Below are positions 36,480 through 45,804 of a DNA stretch of 50,720 bases, piece after piece. Source of the DNA: Candidatus Nanoanaerosalina halalkaliphila (lineage in GTDB: Archaea; Nanohalarchaeota; Nanosalinia; Nanosalinales; Nanoanaerosalinaceae); NCBI GenBank assembly GCA_022729335.1, contig JALDAE010000002.1:1-50720 (forward strand), in the 5' to 3' direction. The notes below the pieces were generated by a model, which worked only from the letters and a program-made list of their open reading frames with translations, was not told the origin of the DNA and ran no database searches. The position numbers and the translations under genes were made by a program. The first letter of the stretch is position 1. Every line of letters begins with the position of its first letter.

Positions 36480-37553
36480 ATGCCAGTCAAAGAAGTGAAA
36501 GAAGGAGTTGAACATATACAAATTCTAGATAAAGAAGGAAACGTTGACGAAGAACTTGAGCCCGACATCCCAGATGAAAAACTGCTGGAAATGTATCGTG
36601 ACATGATGTATGCAAGGAAGCTGGACGAAAAAGCTTTCAAGTTACAGAGAAGGGGTGACGCCGGAACATACGCTCCTGTAAAGGGTGAAGAAGCTTGTCA
36701 GGTAGGTCCTGCTCATGCACTGGAGGAATCCGACTGGTTTGTTCCTTCCTTCCGTGAGGCTGCATTCGCACTGACAAGAGGAATGTCCCCGGTGAAACTT
36801 TTCAGGTACTTTATGGGAGATCCTTACGGAAACAAGGTGGAGGACACACATAATCTGCCGGTTTCAATTCCTATAGCATCCCAGACGCTTCATGCAACAG
36901 GAATAGGGATGGCAACAAACATAAAAGATGAAAACGAGGTAACAATCACATATTTCGGAGACGGAGCAACTTCTCAGGGAGATTTTCACGGAGCACTCAA
37001 CTTTGCTGGCGTATATGAAGCACCTGTAATATTCTTCAACCAGAACAACCGTTACGCCATATCCGTACCAAGGGAAAAACAGACTGCCTCGGAAACACTT
37101 GCACAGAAAGCCAAGGCCTACGGTATAAAAGGTCTGCAAGTGGACGGTAACGACATACTCGCTACTTATAAGGTTGCAAGTGAAGCCGCAGAGAGAGCCA
37201 GGAAAGGAGGGGGGCCAACACTTATAGAGGGTCTTACATACAGGCTTGGAGTTCACACAACATCAGACGATCCGTCAAGATACAGAAGTGAAGAAGAAGT
37301 CGAAAAATGGAAGAAAAGAGATCCTATTAAGCGTTTCAAAAAATATCTGTTGGACAAAGGCGTACTGGATGAGGAAAAAATCGACGAAATCAACGAAGAA
37401 ATAGACAAAGACCTGGAAGAAAAGGTCGAAGAAGCTCTTGAAATGGGTTCTGTGGAAACCGAGAACATGTTCAAACACGTGTACGACGAGGTTCCACAGA
37501 GGCTGAAGAAGCAGTTAGAAAAAGCAAAGGAAAGAGAAGGAGGTGATAATTGA
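36480..37553 (+). CDS. pdhA: Pyruvate/2-oxoacid dehydrogenase E1 alpha
   Basis: GEEACQVG, FGDGATSQGDFH...QNNRYAIS (TPP motif), HTTSDDP. Confidence 0.93.
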   Translation: MPVKEVKEGVEHIQILDKEGNVDEELEPDIPDEKLLEMYRDMMYARKLDEKAFKLQRRGDAGTYAPVKGEEACQVGPAHALEESDWFVPSFREAAFALTRGMSPVKLFRYFMGDPYGNKVEDTHNLPVSIPIASQTLHATGIGMATNIKDENEVTITYFGDGATSQGDFHGALNFAGVYEAPVIFFNQNNRYAISVPREKQTASETLAQKAKAYGIKGLQVDGNDILATYKVASEAAERARKGGGPTLIEGLTYRLGVHTTSDDPSRYRSEEEVEKWKKRDPIKRFKKYLLDKGVLDEEKIDEINEEIDKDLEEKVEEALEMGSVETENMFKHVYDEVPQRLKKQLEKAKEREGGDN

Positions 37554-38515
37554 TGGGAGAGAAAAACATAGTTGAAGCTATAAGAGACACTCTGGATGAA
37601 CAGATGGGTAAAAACGATGATATAGTGGTACTTGGAGAGGACGTCGGTGTCAACGGAGGTGTATTCCGTGCTACAGATGGCCTTCATGACAAATACGGAG
37701 AGGAAAGAGTTATGGACACTCCACTGGACGAAGCAGGCATCCTTGGAACAGCCACAGGAATGGCTGTTAACGGGCTAAGGCCTGTTGCCGAGATACAGTT
37801 CTCCGGGTTCATTCCTCAGGCGTTCCACCATGTCAAACAGCACATATCCAGGATGAGGATGCGTACACAGGGAGATATCAATCTTCCGATGGTAATAAGA
37901 TCGCCCTACGGAGGAGGTATAGAAGCTCTAGAGCATCATTCAGAGTCTCAAGAAGCTCTTTACAGCCATATAGGAGGCTTAAAAGTCGTGATACCTTCCA
38001 ATCCTTCAGATGCCAGGAACCTGTTGATAGAATCGATCAAGGATCCTGATCCTGTTCTTTTCCTGGAACCAAAAAAGATATACCGTGCTTTCAAGGAAGA
38101 AGTAAGGGACGAGAACGTGGAGATCGGAAAAGCAAACACTGTAGAGAAAGGAAGCGATGTGACAGTTGTTTCATGGGGTGCAATGCTAAGGGAAACGATG
38201 GAAGCCATGGAAGACATCGATGCATCAGTTGAACTCATAGACATGAGAACCGTGAATCCTCTGGACGATGAAAAAATCCTTGAATCAGTCCGGAAGACAG
38301 GCAGGCTTGTTGTGGTTTCGGAGGAGCCAAGAACCGCCAGCATGGCAGGAGAGATTTCGGCAACCGTTTCAGAAGAAGCAATTCTTAGTTTGAAAGCCCC
38401 TATTAAACGAATAACAGGTTTCGACATACCCTATCCTCTTTATCAGAACGAGGACATCTACATGCCTGACAGCCAGGATATAAAGAAGGGTATAAAAGAA
38501 ACGCTTGAATTCTAG
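37550..38515 (+). CDS. pdhB: Pyruvate/2-oxoacid dehydrogenase E1 beta
   Basis: GEDVGVNGGVFRAT, DTPLDE, EIQFSGF, HHSES, FLEPK. Confidence 0.93.
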   Translation: MMGEKNIVEAIRDTLDEQMGKNDDIVVLGEDVGVNGGVFRATDGLHDKYGEERVMDTPLDEAGILGTATGMAVNGLRPVAEIQFSGFIPQAFHHVKQHISRMRMRTQGDINLPMVIRSPYGGGIEALEHHSESQEALYSHIGGLKVVIPSNPSDARNLLIESIKDPDPVLFLEPKKIYRAFKEEVRDENVEIGKANTVEKGSDVTVVSWGAMLRETMEAMEDIDASVELIDMRTVNPLDDEKILESVRKTGRLVVVSEEPRTASMAGEISATVSEEAILSLKAPIKRITGFDIPYPLYQNEDIYMPDSQDIKKGIKETLEF

Positions 38516-38525
38516 GTGATTCAAA

Positions 38526-39944
38526 ATGGTAGAAAAATTCAGGTTTCCTGATGTAGGAGAAGGAATCAGAGAAGGAAAGCTGATAGAATGGACCGTGTCA
38601 GAGGGTGAAAAAGTCGAGGAGGACCAGACACTTGCAGAAGTAGAGACCGACAAGGCCGTGGTTGACGTTCCATCTCCAGGCGAAGGCAAAATAAATGAGC
38701 TACTGGCAGATGAGGGAGACAACATCCAGGTCGGTGAAGTCATACTCACACTTGAAGGCTCGGAAGAAGAGAAAACAGAAGAACCGGAAGATGAGCAGGA
38801 AAAAGAAGAGGTAGAAAAAGTCCAGGTATCGGAAGAACCTTCAGAAAACGTAAAGGCTATGCCCAGGACGAGAAAGTTTGCAGAGGAAAAAGGAGTTGAC
38901 CTGGCAAAGATAAATGCAGAAGGCGTAATCAAGAAAAAAGATGTTAAAAACTTTTTGAAAGACCAAGAAACAGAGGCGAAGGAGAAAAAACCTTCGAAAG
39001 AACAAGAAAGAGTTCTTGCATCCCCCTCAACAAGGAAATACGCCAGAAACAAAGGAGTTGATATACATGAAGTCGAGGGAACTGGTCCCGGTGGAAGGAT
39101 CGAGAAAGACGATATAGACAGGTTTATTGACAAACACTCGGAAGAGAAAGGAAAGGTTGTCAGGGAGAAGGTGAGCGACGCACCTGTAGGCAAAGTCGAG
39201 TTCAGGCATCCAAGTCTGGAGGACTACGACTTCGAAAAGTACGGAGAAGTCGAGAAAGAAGAGGTTTCCAGCGTTAGGAGATCAATAACCAAAAACCTTG
39301 TGGAATCGAAATACACCGCTCCACACGTAACCGTAACAAGGGACGTAATAATTTCCGAGCTCTGGAGGATCAAAAACAGGAAAAAAGAACTGGCAGCGGA
39401 ACAGGATGTAAAGCTGACGCTTACTCCTTTCATAGCCAAGGCAGTTATCGGGAGTTTGATGAAGTATCCATACATGAATGCTTCATACGACGAGGAGAAA
39501 GGAGAAATCATAAAGAAGAAGTACTACAACCTCGGGGTGGCTGTGGCTACGGACGAAGGTCTGAAAGTCCCTGTCATCAAGAAAGCGGACAACAAGAACA
39601 TCCTTCAGCTAGGCAAGAAGATCAATGAAAAAGCCGAAAAGGCAAGGAAAGGTGATTTAAAACTTGATGACGTGAGAGGAAGCAGTTTCAGCATAACAAA
39701 CTGGGGAAGCATAGGCGGAGAGTACGGTACACCGCTGATAAATTATCCGGATGTAGGAATCCTGGGGATAGGAAAGATAAAGGAGAAACCTGTTGCAGTA
39801 GACGGAGATGTTAGAGTTGAAAAGGTTCTTCCTCTGTCACTGACTTTTGATCATAGAGCAATAGACGGAGCATATGCAGCAGAATTCATCGAATCAGTTT
39901 CAAAACATCTTGAAGATTCAGAACTACTTTTGATAGAGGAATAG
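38526..39944 (+). CDS. pdhC: Dihydrolipoamide acyltransferase E2
   Basis: Lipoyl motif ETDKA; two subunit-binding domains; FDHRAIDGA. Confidence 0.93.
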   Translation: MVEKFRFPDVGEGIREGKLIEWTVSEGEKVEEDQTLAEVETDKAVVDVPSPGEGKINELLADEGDNIQVGEVILTLEGSEEEKTEEPEDEQEKEEVEKVQVSEEPSENVKAMPRTRKFAEEKGVDLAKINAEGVIKKKDVKNFLKDQETEAKEKKPSKEQERVLASPSTRKYARNKGVDIHEVEGTGPGGRIEKDDIDRFIDKHSEEKGKVVREKVSDAPVGKVEFRHPSLEDYDFEKYGEVEKEEVSSVRRSITKNLVESKYTAPHVTVTRDVIISELWRIKNRKKELAAEQDVKLTLTPFIAKAVIGSLMKYPYMNASYDEEKGEIIKKKYYNLGVAVATDEGLKVPVIKKADNKNILQLGKKINEKAEKARKGDLKLDDVRGSSFSITNWGSIGGEYGTPLINYPDVGILGIGKIKEKPVAVDGDVRVEKVLPLSLTFDHRAIDGAYAAEFIESVSKHLEDSELLLIEE

Positions 39945-39953
39945 GACGATAAA

Positions 39954-41348
39954 ATGGTAGTTGGAAATATTAAAGAGTCAGCGGATGTTGTTGTGGTGGG
40001 TGCCGGGCCTGGAGGATATGTGGCAGCGATAAAACTAGCTCAAATGGGAAAAGATGTCAAGCTGGTTGAAGAAAACAAGGTAGGCGGTGTATGCCTTAAC
40101 GACGGTTGCATACCTTCCAAATCCTTGATACATGTTGCTGATAACTTCAAAGAAATCAAAGAGCTCGAAAGCATCGATCAAGACCTTGAGATAGATGCTG
40201 GTGCACTCCAGAACTGGAAGGAAGAGGTCGTCAACAAGCTTACTTCCGGAGTGAAGATGCTGGAGAACAGGAACGGCGTGGAAATCATAGAGGGACGAGC
40301 CAAGCTGACAAACGAAAAAGAGTTGCATATAAATACTGAGGAAGCTTCAAAGACGCTCAAGTTCAACGAATGTGTCCTGGCCACTGGTTCAAAACCTGTC
40401 GAGATCCCGGGCATGGAGTTCTCAAAAGAAGGAATAATAAGTTCAAAAGAGGCGCTGAAGCTAGATGAGATACCCGATGAGCTTCTGGTGATAGGCGGAG
40501 GCTATATAGGCATGGAGCTTGGAACCGTGTATCAGAAACTGGGTTCCGATGTGACCGTTCTGGAGGCCTCGGACAGGATTCTCTCCGTTATGAACGAGGA
40601 AGCATCCAAGGTAGTCAAGAAAAGAGCCGAAGAACTGGGAATGAAAATTGTAACAGGAGAAAAAGCAGAGAGTTCTGAATTAAAAGACGGGAAAAGAGTC
40701 GTAAAAACCAATTTCTCCAGCTATTCAGCGGACAAAGTTCTTGTTTCGGTCGGAAGAACCCCCAGAACCGAGAACATCGGTATCGAAAAAACAGGTATCG
40801 AAAAAACAGAAGGAGGCTTCATAAGGACAGATGAGACCATGGAAACAACTTCAGAAGGAATTTATGCTATAGGAGATGTAGCAGGTCACCCCATGCTCGC
40901 TCACAAGGCAATGCACGAGGGAAGAGTGGCCGCAAAAACCATAGCAGGTGAAACTTCTTTCGCAACAAGGCAAGCTATGCCTTCAGTCCTATATACCGAT
41001 CCTGAAATAGCCAGCACAGGTATGTCTGAAAGAGAGGCAGAAGAAAAAGGTATAGAAACCGTAACAGGAAAGTTTCCTATGGGAGCAAATGGAAGAGCCA
41101 TGACTATGGATTACAAAGAAGGTTTTGTCAAGCTTGTTGCCGATAAAGAAAACAAAACACTAATAGGAGCCACTGTATGCAGTCCTGAAGCCTCAGAGAT
41201 AATCTCCGAGCTAAGTCTGGGTATAGAAATGGGCTGTCTTGTTGAGGACCTGGCCATGACCGTTCATCCTCACCCATCAATTTCTGAAGCGGTTATGGAA
41301 GCTGCAGAGGAGATAGTGGGCGAACCGGTTCACAAGTACAAGCATTAA
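39954..41348 (+). CDS. lpdA: Dihydrolipoamide dehydrogenase E3
   Basis: GAGPGGY, GGVCLNDGCIPSK, GGGYIG, HPHPSISE. Confidence 0.95.
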   Translation: MVVGNIKESADVVVVGAGPGGYVAAIKLAQMGKDVKLVEENKVGGVCLNDGCIPSKSLIHVADNFKEIKELESIDQDLEIDAGALQNWKEEVVNKLTSGVKMLENRNGVEIIEGRAKLTNEKELHINTEEASKTLKFNECVLATGSKPVEIPGMEFSKEGIISSKEALKLDEIPDELLVIGGGYIGMELGTVYQKLGSDVTVLEASDRILSVMNEEASKVVKKRAEELGMKIVTGEKAESSELKDGKRVVKTNFSSYSADKVLVSVGRTPRTENIGIEKTGIEKTEGGFIRTDETMETTSEGIYAIGDVAGHPMLAHKAMHEGRVAAKTIAGETSFATRQAMPSVLYTDPEIASTGMSEREAEEKGIETVTGKFPMGANGRAMTMDYKEGFVKLVADKENKTLIGATVCSPEASEIISELSLGIEMGCLVEDLAMTVHPHPSISEAVMEAAEEIVGEPVHKYKH

Positions 41349-41352
41349 AAAC

Positions 41353-42351
41353 TTGAAAGAAAAACTTCTTTCCATGAAGAAACTTGCCAAGAACGTTCTC
41401 GGGCTTTTCGTACTCGAAGACGAGGAGCTAGTAGAATTTTTTAGTTTCTCCAAAGACCCTCTGGAAGTTACAAAGAAATTAAAGCAGACCACAGACAAAG
41501 AAAAAGAACTGAAGGAGAAATACGGAGAGATGGAGGAAGCTCAGATCGATGCTTTCGATATAGGCAAAAAGGCAGGGCTTGTTGAGAGTAGGGAACAGGT
41601 ATACAGCCTGATGAAAAAAGTATCTAAGGAGTACACAAGATCAAGGATAAAGGAAGAGCAGGATCACGACCAGGTTATGATACAGGCTGTCCGAAGGCTT
41701 TCAGAACTTGATAAACAGATAAACAAGTCAATAGAGAGGTTGAAAGCATGGTACGGGCTTTACTTTCCGGAGCTTGAGCAGAAAGTTTCCGACAACGAAG
41801 AGTTTCTGGAAAAAATTTCCAACGAGTTTTACCGGGAAAAAATAATGGAAAAAATGGATATCAAGGACACCACAGGCTTTGAGATGGATGACATGGATAT
41901 AGAACATCTCAAGAACTTTGTTGACTCTACTTTAAAGATAGTTGGCGAGAAAAAAGATCTTGAGTCCTACGTGGAATCTCTTGCAGAAAGGTTGGTTCCG
42001 AACACTTCTGCAGTGGTTGGTCCTCTGCTGGCGGCAAAGACCCTGTCAGAAGCAGGTTCTCTCAAAAAACTTGCAAGGATGCCTTCATCGACCATACAGG
42101 TGCTTGGTGCCGAAAAAGCTCTTTTCAGACATATGGAAGGTAAAGGTTCTGCTCCGAAACACGGAATACTTTTTCTGCACCACACGGTGAGCGGTCTGCC
42201 TGAAGATAAAAGAGGCAAGATGGCCAGATATCTTTCAAACAAACTGGCGCTTGCAGCAAGACTCGACATGTACGAGGGCGAATTCAAGGGAGAAGAGTAC
42301 CGTGAAGAGGTCGAAGAAAAATATAGAAAACTGAAGGAGGGTGAAAAATGA
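41353..42351 (+). CDS. nop5: Box C/D sRNP protein Nop5 (Nop56/58); start may be ATG 41374
   Basis: WYGLYFPEL, PSSTIQVLGAEKALFRH, PKHGILF, RGKMARYL. Confidence 0.93.
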   Translation: MKEKLLSMKKLAKNVLGLFVLEDEELVEFFSFSKDPLEVTKKLKQTTDKEKELKEKYGEMEEAQIDAFDIGKKAGLVESREQVYSLMKKVSKEYTRSRIKEEQDHDQVMIQAVRRLSELDKQINKSIERLKAWYGLYFPELEQKVSDNEEFLEKISNEFYREKIMEKMDIKDTTGFEMDDMDIEHLKNFVDSTLKIVGEKKDLESYVESLAERLVPNTSAVVGPLLAAKTLSEAGSLKKLARMPSSTIQVLGAEKALFRHMEGKGSAPKHGILFLHHTVSGLPEDKRGKMARYLSNKLALAARLDMYEGEFKGEEYREEVEEKYRKLKEGEK

Positions 42352-43001
42352 AGGAGATACATCCAGGGATCCACGAACACAGCGGTAAACTATACACAAA
42401 AAATTTGGTTCCGGGAGAAACAGTATACGGCGAAAAAACAGTTGATGAAAAAGGCGAAGAATTCAGGGAGTGGGAGCCAGGAAGATCAAAGCTGGGAGCC
42501 GCGATAAAAAACGGTCTGCCAGAAACAGGCATAAAAAAGGATTCAAAAGTTCTTTATCTGGGAGCGGCTTCGGGTACAACGGTATCGCATGTATCGGATA
42601 TAGCTAGAAAAGGTGTTGTCTTCGGTATCGAATACTCGAAAAAGGTGGTTAGAGACCTTCTGAGAAATTCAAAAAAGCGTGAAAATGTCTGTCCTATTCT
42701 CGGTGATGCAAGGAAACCTTCAGAGTACTCAAATATTGTAGACAAGGTTGACATAGTGTTTCAGGATGTGGCTCAGCCCGACCAGGCCAAGATTTTCCGC
42801 AAGAACTGCGATAAATTCCTCAAGGATTCCGGTATAGGTCTTCTGGCCATAAAATCACAATCCATTTCTTCTTCAAGACCTGCAAAAGAGATTTTTAGGG
42901 AACAGGAGGAGAAAATGAAAAAGTTTTTCGAAATCAAGTGGAAGAGCGGTCTGGAACCCCATGAAGAGGGTCACATGTTTTATCTTCTCGAGAAAAAATA
43001 G
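42348..43001 (+). CDS. flpA: Fibrillarin-like rRNA/tRNA 2'-O-methyltransferase
   Basis: VYGEK, RSKLGAAI, VLYLGAASGTTVSHVSDI, FQDVAQPDQ. Confidence 0.95.
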   Translation: MKEIHPGIHEHSGKLYTKNLVPGETVYGEKTVDEKGEEFREWEPGRSKLGAAIKNGLPETGIKKDSKVLYLGAASGTTVSHVSDIARKGVVFGIEYSKKVVRDLLRNSKKRENVCPILGDARKPSEYSNIVDKVDIVFQDVAQPDQAKIFRKNCDKFLKDSGIGLLAIKSQSISSSRPAKEIFREQEEKMKKFFEIKWKSGLEPHEEGHMFYLLEKK

Positions 43002-44198
43002 TTACCTGGTTTCCGCCTTTAGCGCGATAAGTTCAACCGATACTTCCCGTCCGGTTCTTGCCTCTAGCTGATCCTCGAGTGCCTCCACATCGACCTCCGG
43101 ATTAAAAGCCATTATCTCTATATGTATCTGTTGACCGGATATCTCCACATCTCTGCTTAGTATGTTGTCCGAAAAAGACGAATCAACAACCTGATCTATA
43201 TCTGATCTCAGGTTGGTTGACTGTATATTTTGAAAGGTAAGGTACCCCACAAAAACAGAAATCAGAAGTATTGAAACTGCCGATATCATTATAGCCTGTT
43301 TCATCTTCTCCTGTGATACTTTCTTCCTGTAGTACGTTGAAGGAGATACTCCCACAAACTTGAACGTTATAGAACCCGCAAGTATTAGAGCCGCCATATT
43401 GGTCAAAATAACTATCAGAGAGTTCAAGAACATCGAAATTGCTCCGATAGAAAGTGAAATCCCTGAAACTGCGGCCGGCGGTACAAGAGCAATCGCCACC
43501 GCAACACCTGCAAGCTGTTCCTTGTTCCCTGATACAAAGGTAAGGGCAGATGCAGAACCAACAAAAATCGAAAGAGGTACAATTATCAGAGTCGGATTTG
43601 CCACCATTTCCATCAGAGCATTGGGTTCTTCAAAACCCGGTTTTGGAATTATGAAAGCTATTAATATAGCTATAGCAACCCCAAAAACAGCATTCATGAA
43701 GCTGTTCTTTATTATCCTTCTGTCACCGATAACAAAACCAAAAGAAGAAGCTATGAAAGGTCCTATAAGAGGTGCAATAACCATAGCACCCACAACCACC
43801 ATAACATTCTCCATCATCATTCCAAATACAGCTATGCCTGCCGAAAGCATTATAAGAACCCATGAAGAAATATCGAACTGTGAGAAAGTTAGCGCCTTTG
43901 AATACATCTCCTGGGTCGAGAGCTGAGAGGAAACGTTCTTCATCTTCTTGCCTTTCTCTATCTTCGCCTCCTCCTCTATTATCTCAACTGTAAGATCGCC
44001 TGATTTTACCTCCTTTATATGACGGACTTTCTCTATAAGTTCGTCTATGTCATCAGGCTCAACTATCATCTGGAACTTCACATACTTTCCGTCCTCTTTC
44101 TTTACCTCGCTATAGGTAACGTCTTCACAGAACTCATTTACAACTTCATCAACAGCGTCTCTGTTGTTTCTGGGAACAGTGATCTCGAGCCTCTTCAT
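43002..44198 (-). CDS. TIGR00341/DUF389 family membrane protein
   Basis: VVVGAMVIAPL and LAGVAVAIALVPPA; ~7 TM helices. Confidence 0.88.
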   Translation of the reverse strand: MKRLEITVPRNNRDAVDEVVNEFCEDVTYSEVKKEDGKYVKFQMIVEPDDIDELIEKVRHIKEVKSGDLTVEIIEEEAKIEKGKKMKNVSSQLSTQEMYSKALTFSQFDISSWVLIMLSAGIAVFGMMMENVMVVVGAMVIAPLIGPFIASSFGFVIGDRRIIKNSFMNAVFGVAIAILIAFIIPKPGFEEPNALMEMVANPTLIIVPLSIFVGSASALTFVSGNKEQLAGVAVAIALVPPAAVSGISLSIGAISMFLNSLIVILTNMAALILAGSITFKFVGVSPSTYYRKKVSQEKMKQAIMISAVSILLISVFVGYLTFQNIQSTNLRSDIDQVVDSSFSDNILSRDVEISGQQIHIEIMAFNPEVDVEALEDQLEARTGREVSVELIALKAETR

Positions 44199-44242
44199 CA
44201 GAAAGAAATTGGGATTTCTTCCTTAATAGCTTAACCTCGTCA

Positions 44243-45343
44243 TCATTCAACCTGAGGCATGTTTTCTATAACATTCTCCTTGAACTTTTCAACATGCTCT
44301 CTGGACATAGAGGCGCCAGCTGCCTTTCTATGGCCACCTGCCTCTGCTTTTTCATCCACATCTTCTGGAAGAGATTTTCTTAATACACCTCCAAGATCTA
44401 AACGTCCTGACTGACATCTGGAAGAAATATTTGCGCTGCCGTCAAACATACGGATAGTTACAAAAACCCAATCTTTATTATCAACAGATATCTGAGTTGC
44501 CAAAGAAGAATTTACATGATAGGGAGATTCAAAAGTAAATATCACCAGTTTTTTATCCTCGTATACTTCCTTCTCCTCCTCAAAATTTTCTTTAATATTT
44601 TCAATTTCCTGGCTGACGCTTTCATAGCTCTTGTAAAGTTCCTTATATGAATCATGGCTTTCTATGTATTTTATACCTCTTGATTCTGTCAAAACTTCAA
44701 AAACAAGTTTTGAACACCTATTGGTATCCTTGTAAGGTTTTACATTCATCACAGAGCTGTAAGTTCCGTATCTGCAGTTCTTCGCAAGGTTGTACTGGCT
44801 GAGGTTTGAAGGAAAGTACTGGGGATGAAGCCTCTTTAGTTTCTCGAACAGCCCCATGGCCTGATTAACTCCGAAATCCTGTATTATTCCGAGACCAGCG
44901 ATCCAGTCAAGGTCCAGCCCAAATCTCTTCGATATATCGTTGCAAAGCTTTGAAGCAGGGATGTATATGTCAGGATTCTCTTTTCTGGGGTTAACCAGTA
45001 TGCCTTTTTCGGGATCTCTGTCAAAATCGTGGTGATCAATAACCAGAACATCCAGACCGAACTCTTCGGTAAGTTCAGAAACTCTGTCAGAAGGAACGCT
45101 TATATCCAGAACTATCAGCTTGGTAATATCTTTCTTCTGAACAAGTCTTTCGGTGCTCTCTCCCACATAGTGTTTTCTGCCCTCAGGAACCTTCAGAAAA
45201 TCAGCTCCATCTCCCCTAACTTCTTCTATTATCTTGGATATTATAGCAGCAGAGCAGGATCCATCCATATCCCAGTGATTAACTACAAGTACTGTGTCGT
45301 CTTCATCTATACTATCCAGGTAATCAACAGCTTCTTCGTACAT
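44243..45343 (-). CDS. DHH/DHHA1 phosphoesterase (RecJ-like)
   Basis: HWDMDG, VLD, IDHH, GIIQD, GGHRKAAG. Confidence 0.9.
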   Translation of the reverse strand: MYEEAVDYLDSIDEDDTVLVVNHWDMDGSCSAAIISKIIEEVRGDGADFLKVPEGRKHYVGESTERLVQKKDITKLIVLDISVPSDRVSELTEEFGLDVLVIDHHDFDRDPEKGILVNPRKENPDIYIPASKLCNDISKRFGLDLDWIAGLGIIQDFGVNQAMGLFEKLKRLHPQYFPSNLSQYNLAKNCRYGTYSSVMNVKPYKDTNRCSKLVFEVLTESRGIKYIESHDSYKELYKSYESVSQEIENIKENFEEEKEVYEDKKLVIFTFESPYHVNSSLATQISVDNKDWVFVTIRMFDGSANISSRCQSGRLDLGGVLRKSLPEDVDEKAEAGGHRKAAGASMSREHVEKFKENVIENMPQVE

Positions 45344-45345
45344 CT

Positions 45346-45804
45346 TTATTCCTCTGTAACATCCTCTACAACGGTGTCCTCGTCCACCATGTATCTAGGA
45401 TCAAGTTCAAGCATTTTCTTTCTTCCTCCTCCGCCACCATAAACGACCTTCCTCTCTAAAAGTTCCTCATCGACTACTTTTTTTAATCCTGTGCCCACCG
45501 GGGGAACTTCACCCACACTATAACCTGTTAGCTCCTCCACTTTTTCAGGTGATGCCATACTTGCGGATTCAGCGGAAAAAACATCCTCTAATTTATCAAA
45601 TGAAACCCTTTTATCGCCTCTGATAACTACAAGTACGTCATCATTGTCTATTTCCACCACCAGACTTTTTATTATGTTGTTTTCGTCAGTATTAAGTGCG
45701 TTAGCTGCCTGAGACACGGTGTTTGTTTTGCTGGAAACCTCTATTATCTCCGCATCTATGCCTCTATTTTCTATAGTTCTTTCCAAATCGTTCATTAAAA
45801 TCAC
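45346..45804 (-). CDS. YbaK/EbsC aminoacyl-tRNA deacylase family; start probably ATG 45795
   Basis: AANAL...IIKSLV, LTGYSVGEVPPVG, VYGGGG. Confidence 0.9.
   Translation of the reverse strand: MILMNDLERTIENRGIDAEIIEVSSKTNTVSQAANALNTDENNIIKSLVVEIDNDDVLVVIRGDKRVSFDKLEDVFSAESASMASPEKVEELTGYSVGEVPPVGTGLKKVVDEELLERKVVYGGGGGRKKMLELDPRYMVDEDTVVEDVTEE

Noticed and set aside
41340..41376. Functional coupling of the PDH operon with nop5-fibrillarin
   Set aside because: A TATA-like TTAAAA lies ~25 nt before ATG 41374, suggesting an independent leaderless promoter; adjacency probably reflects genome compaction.
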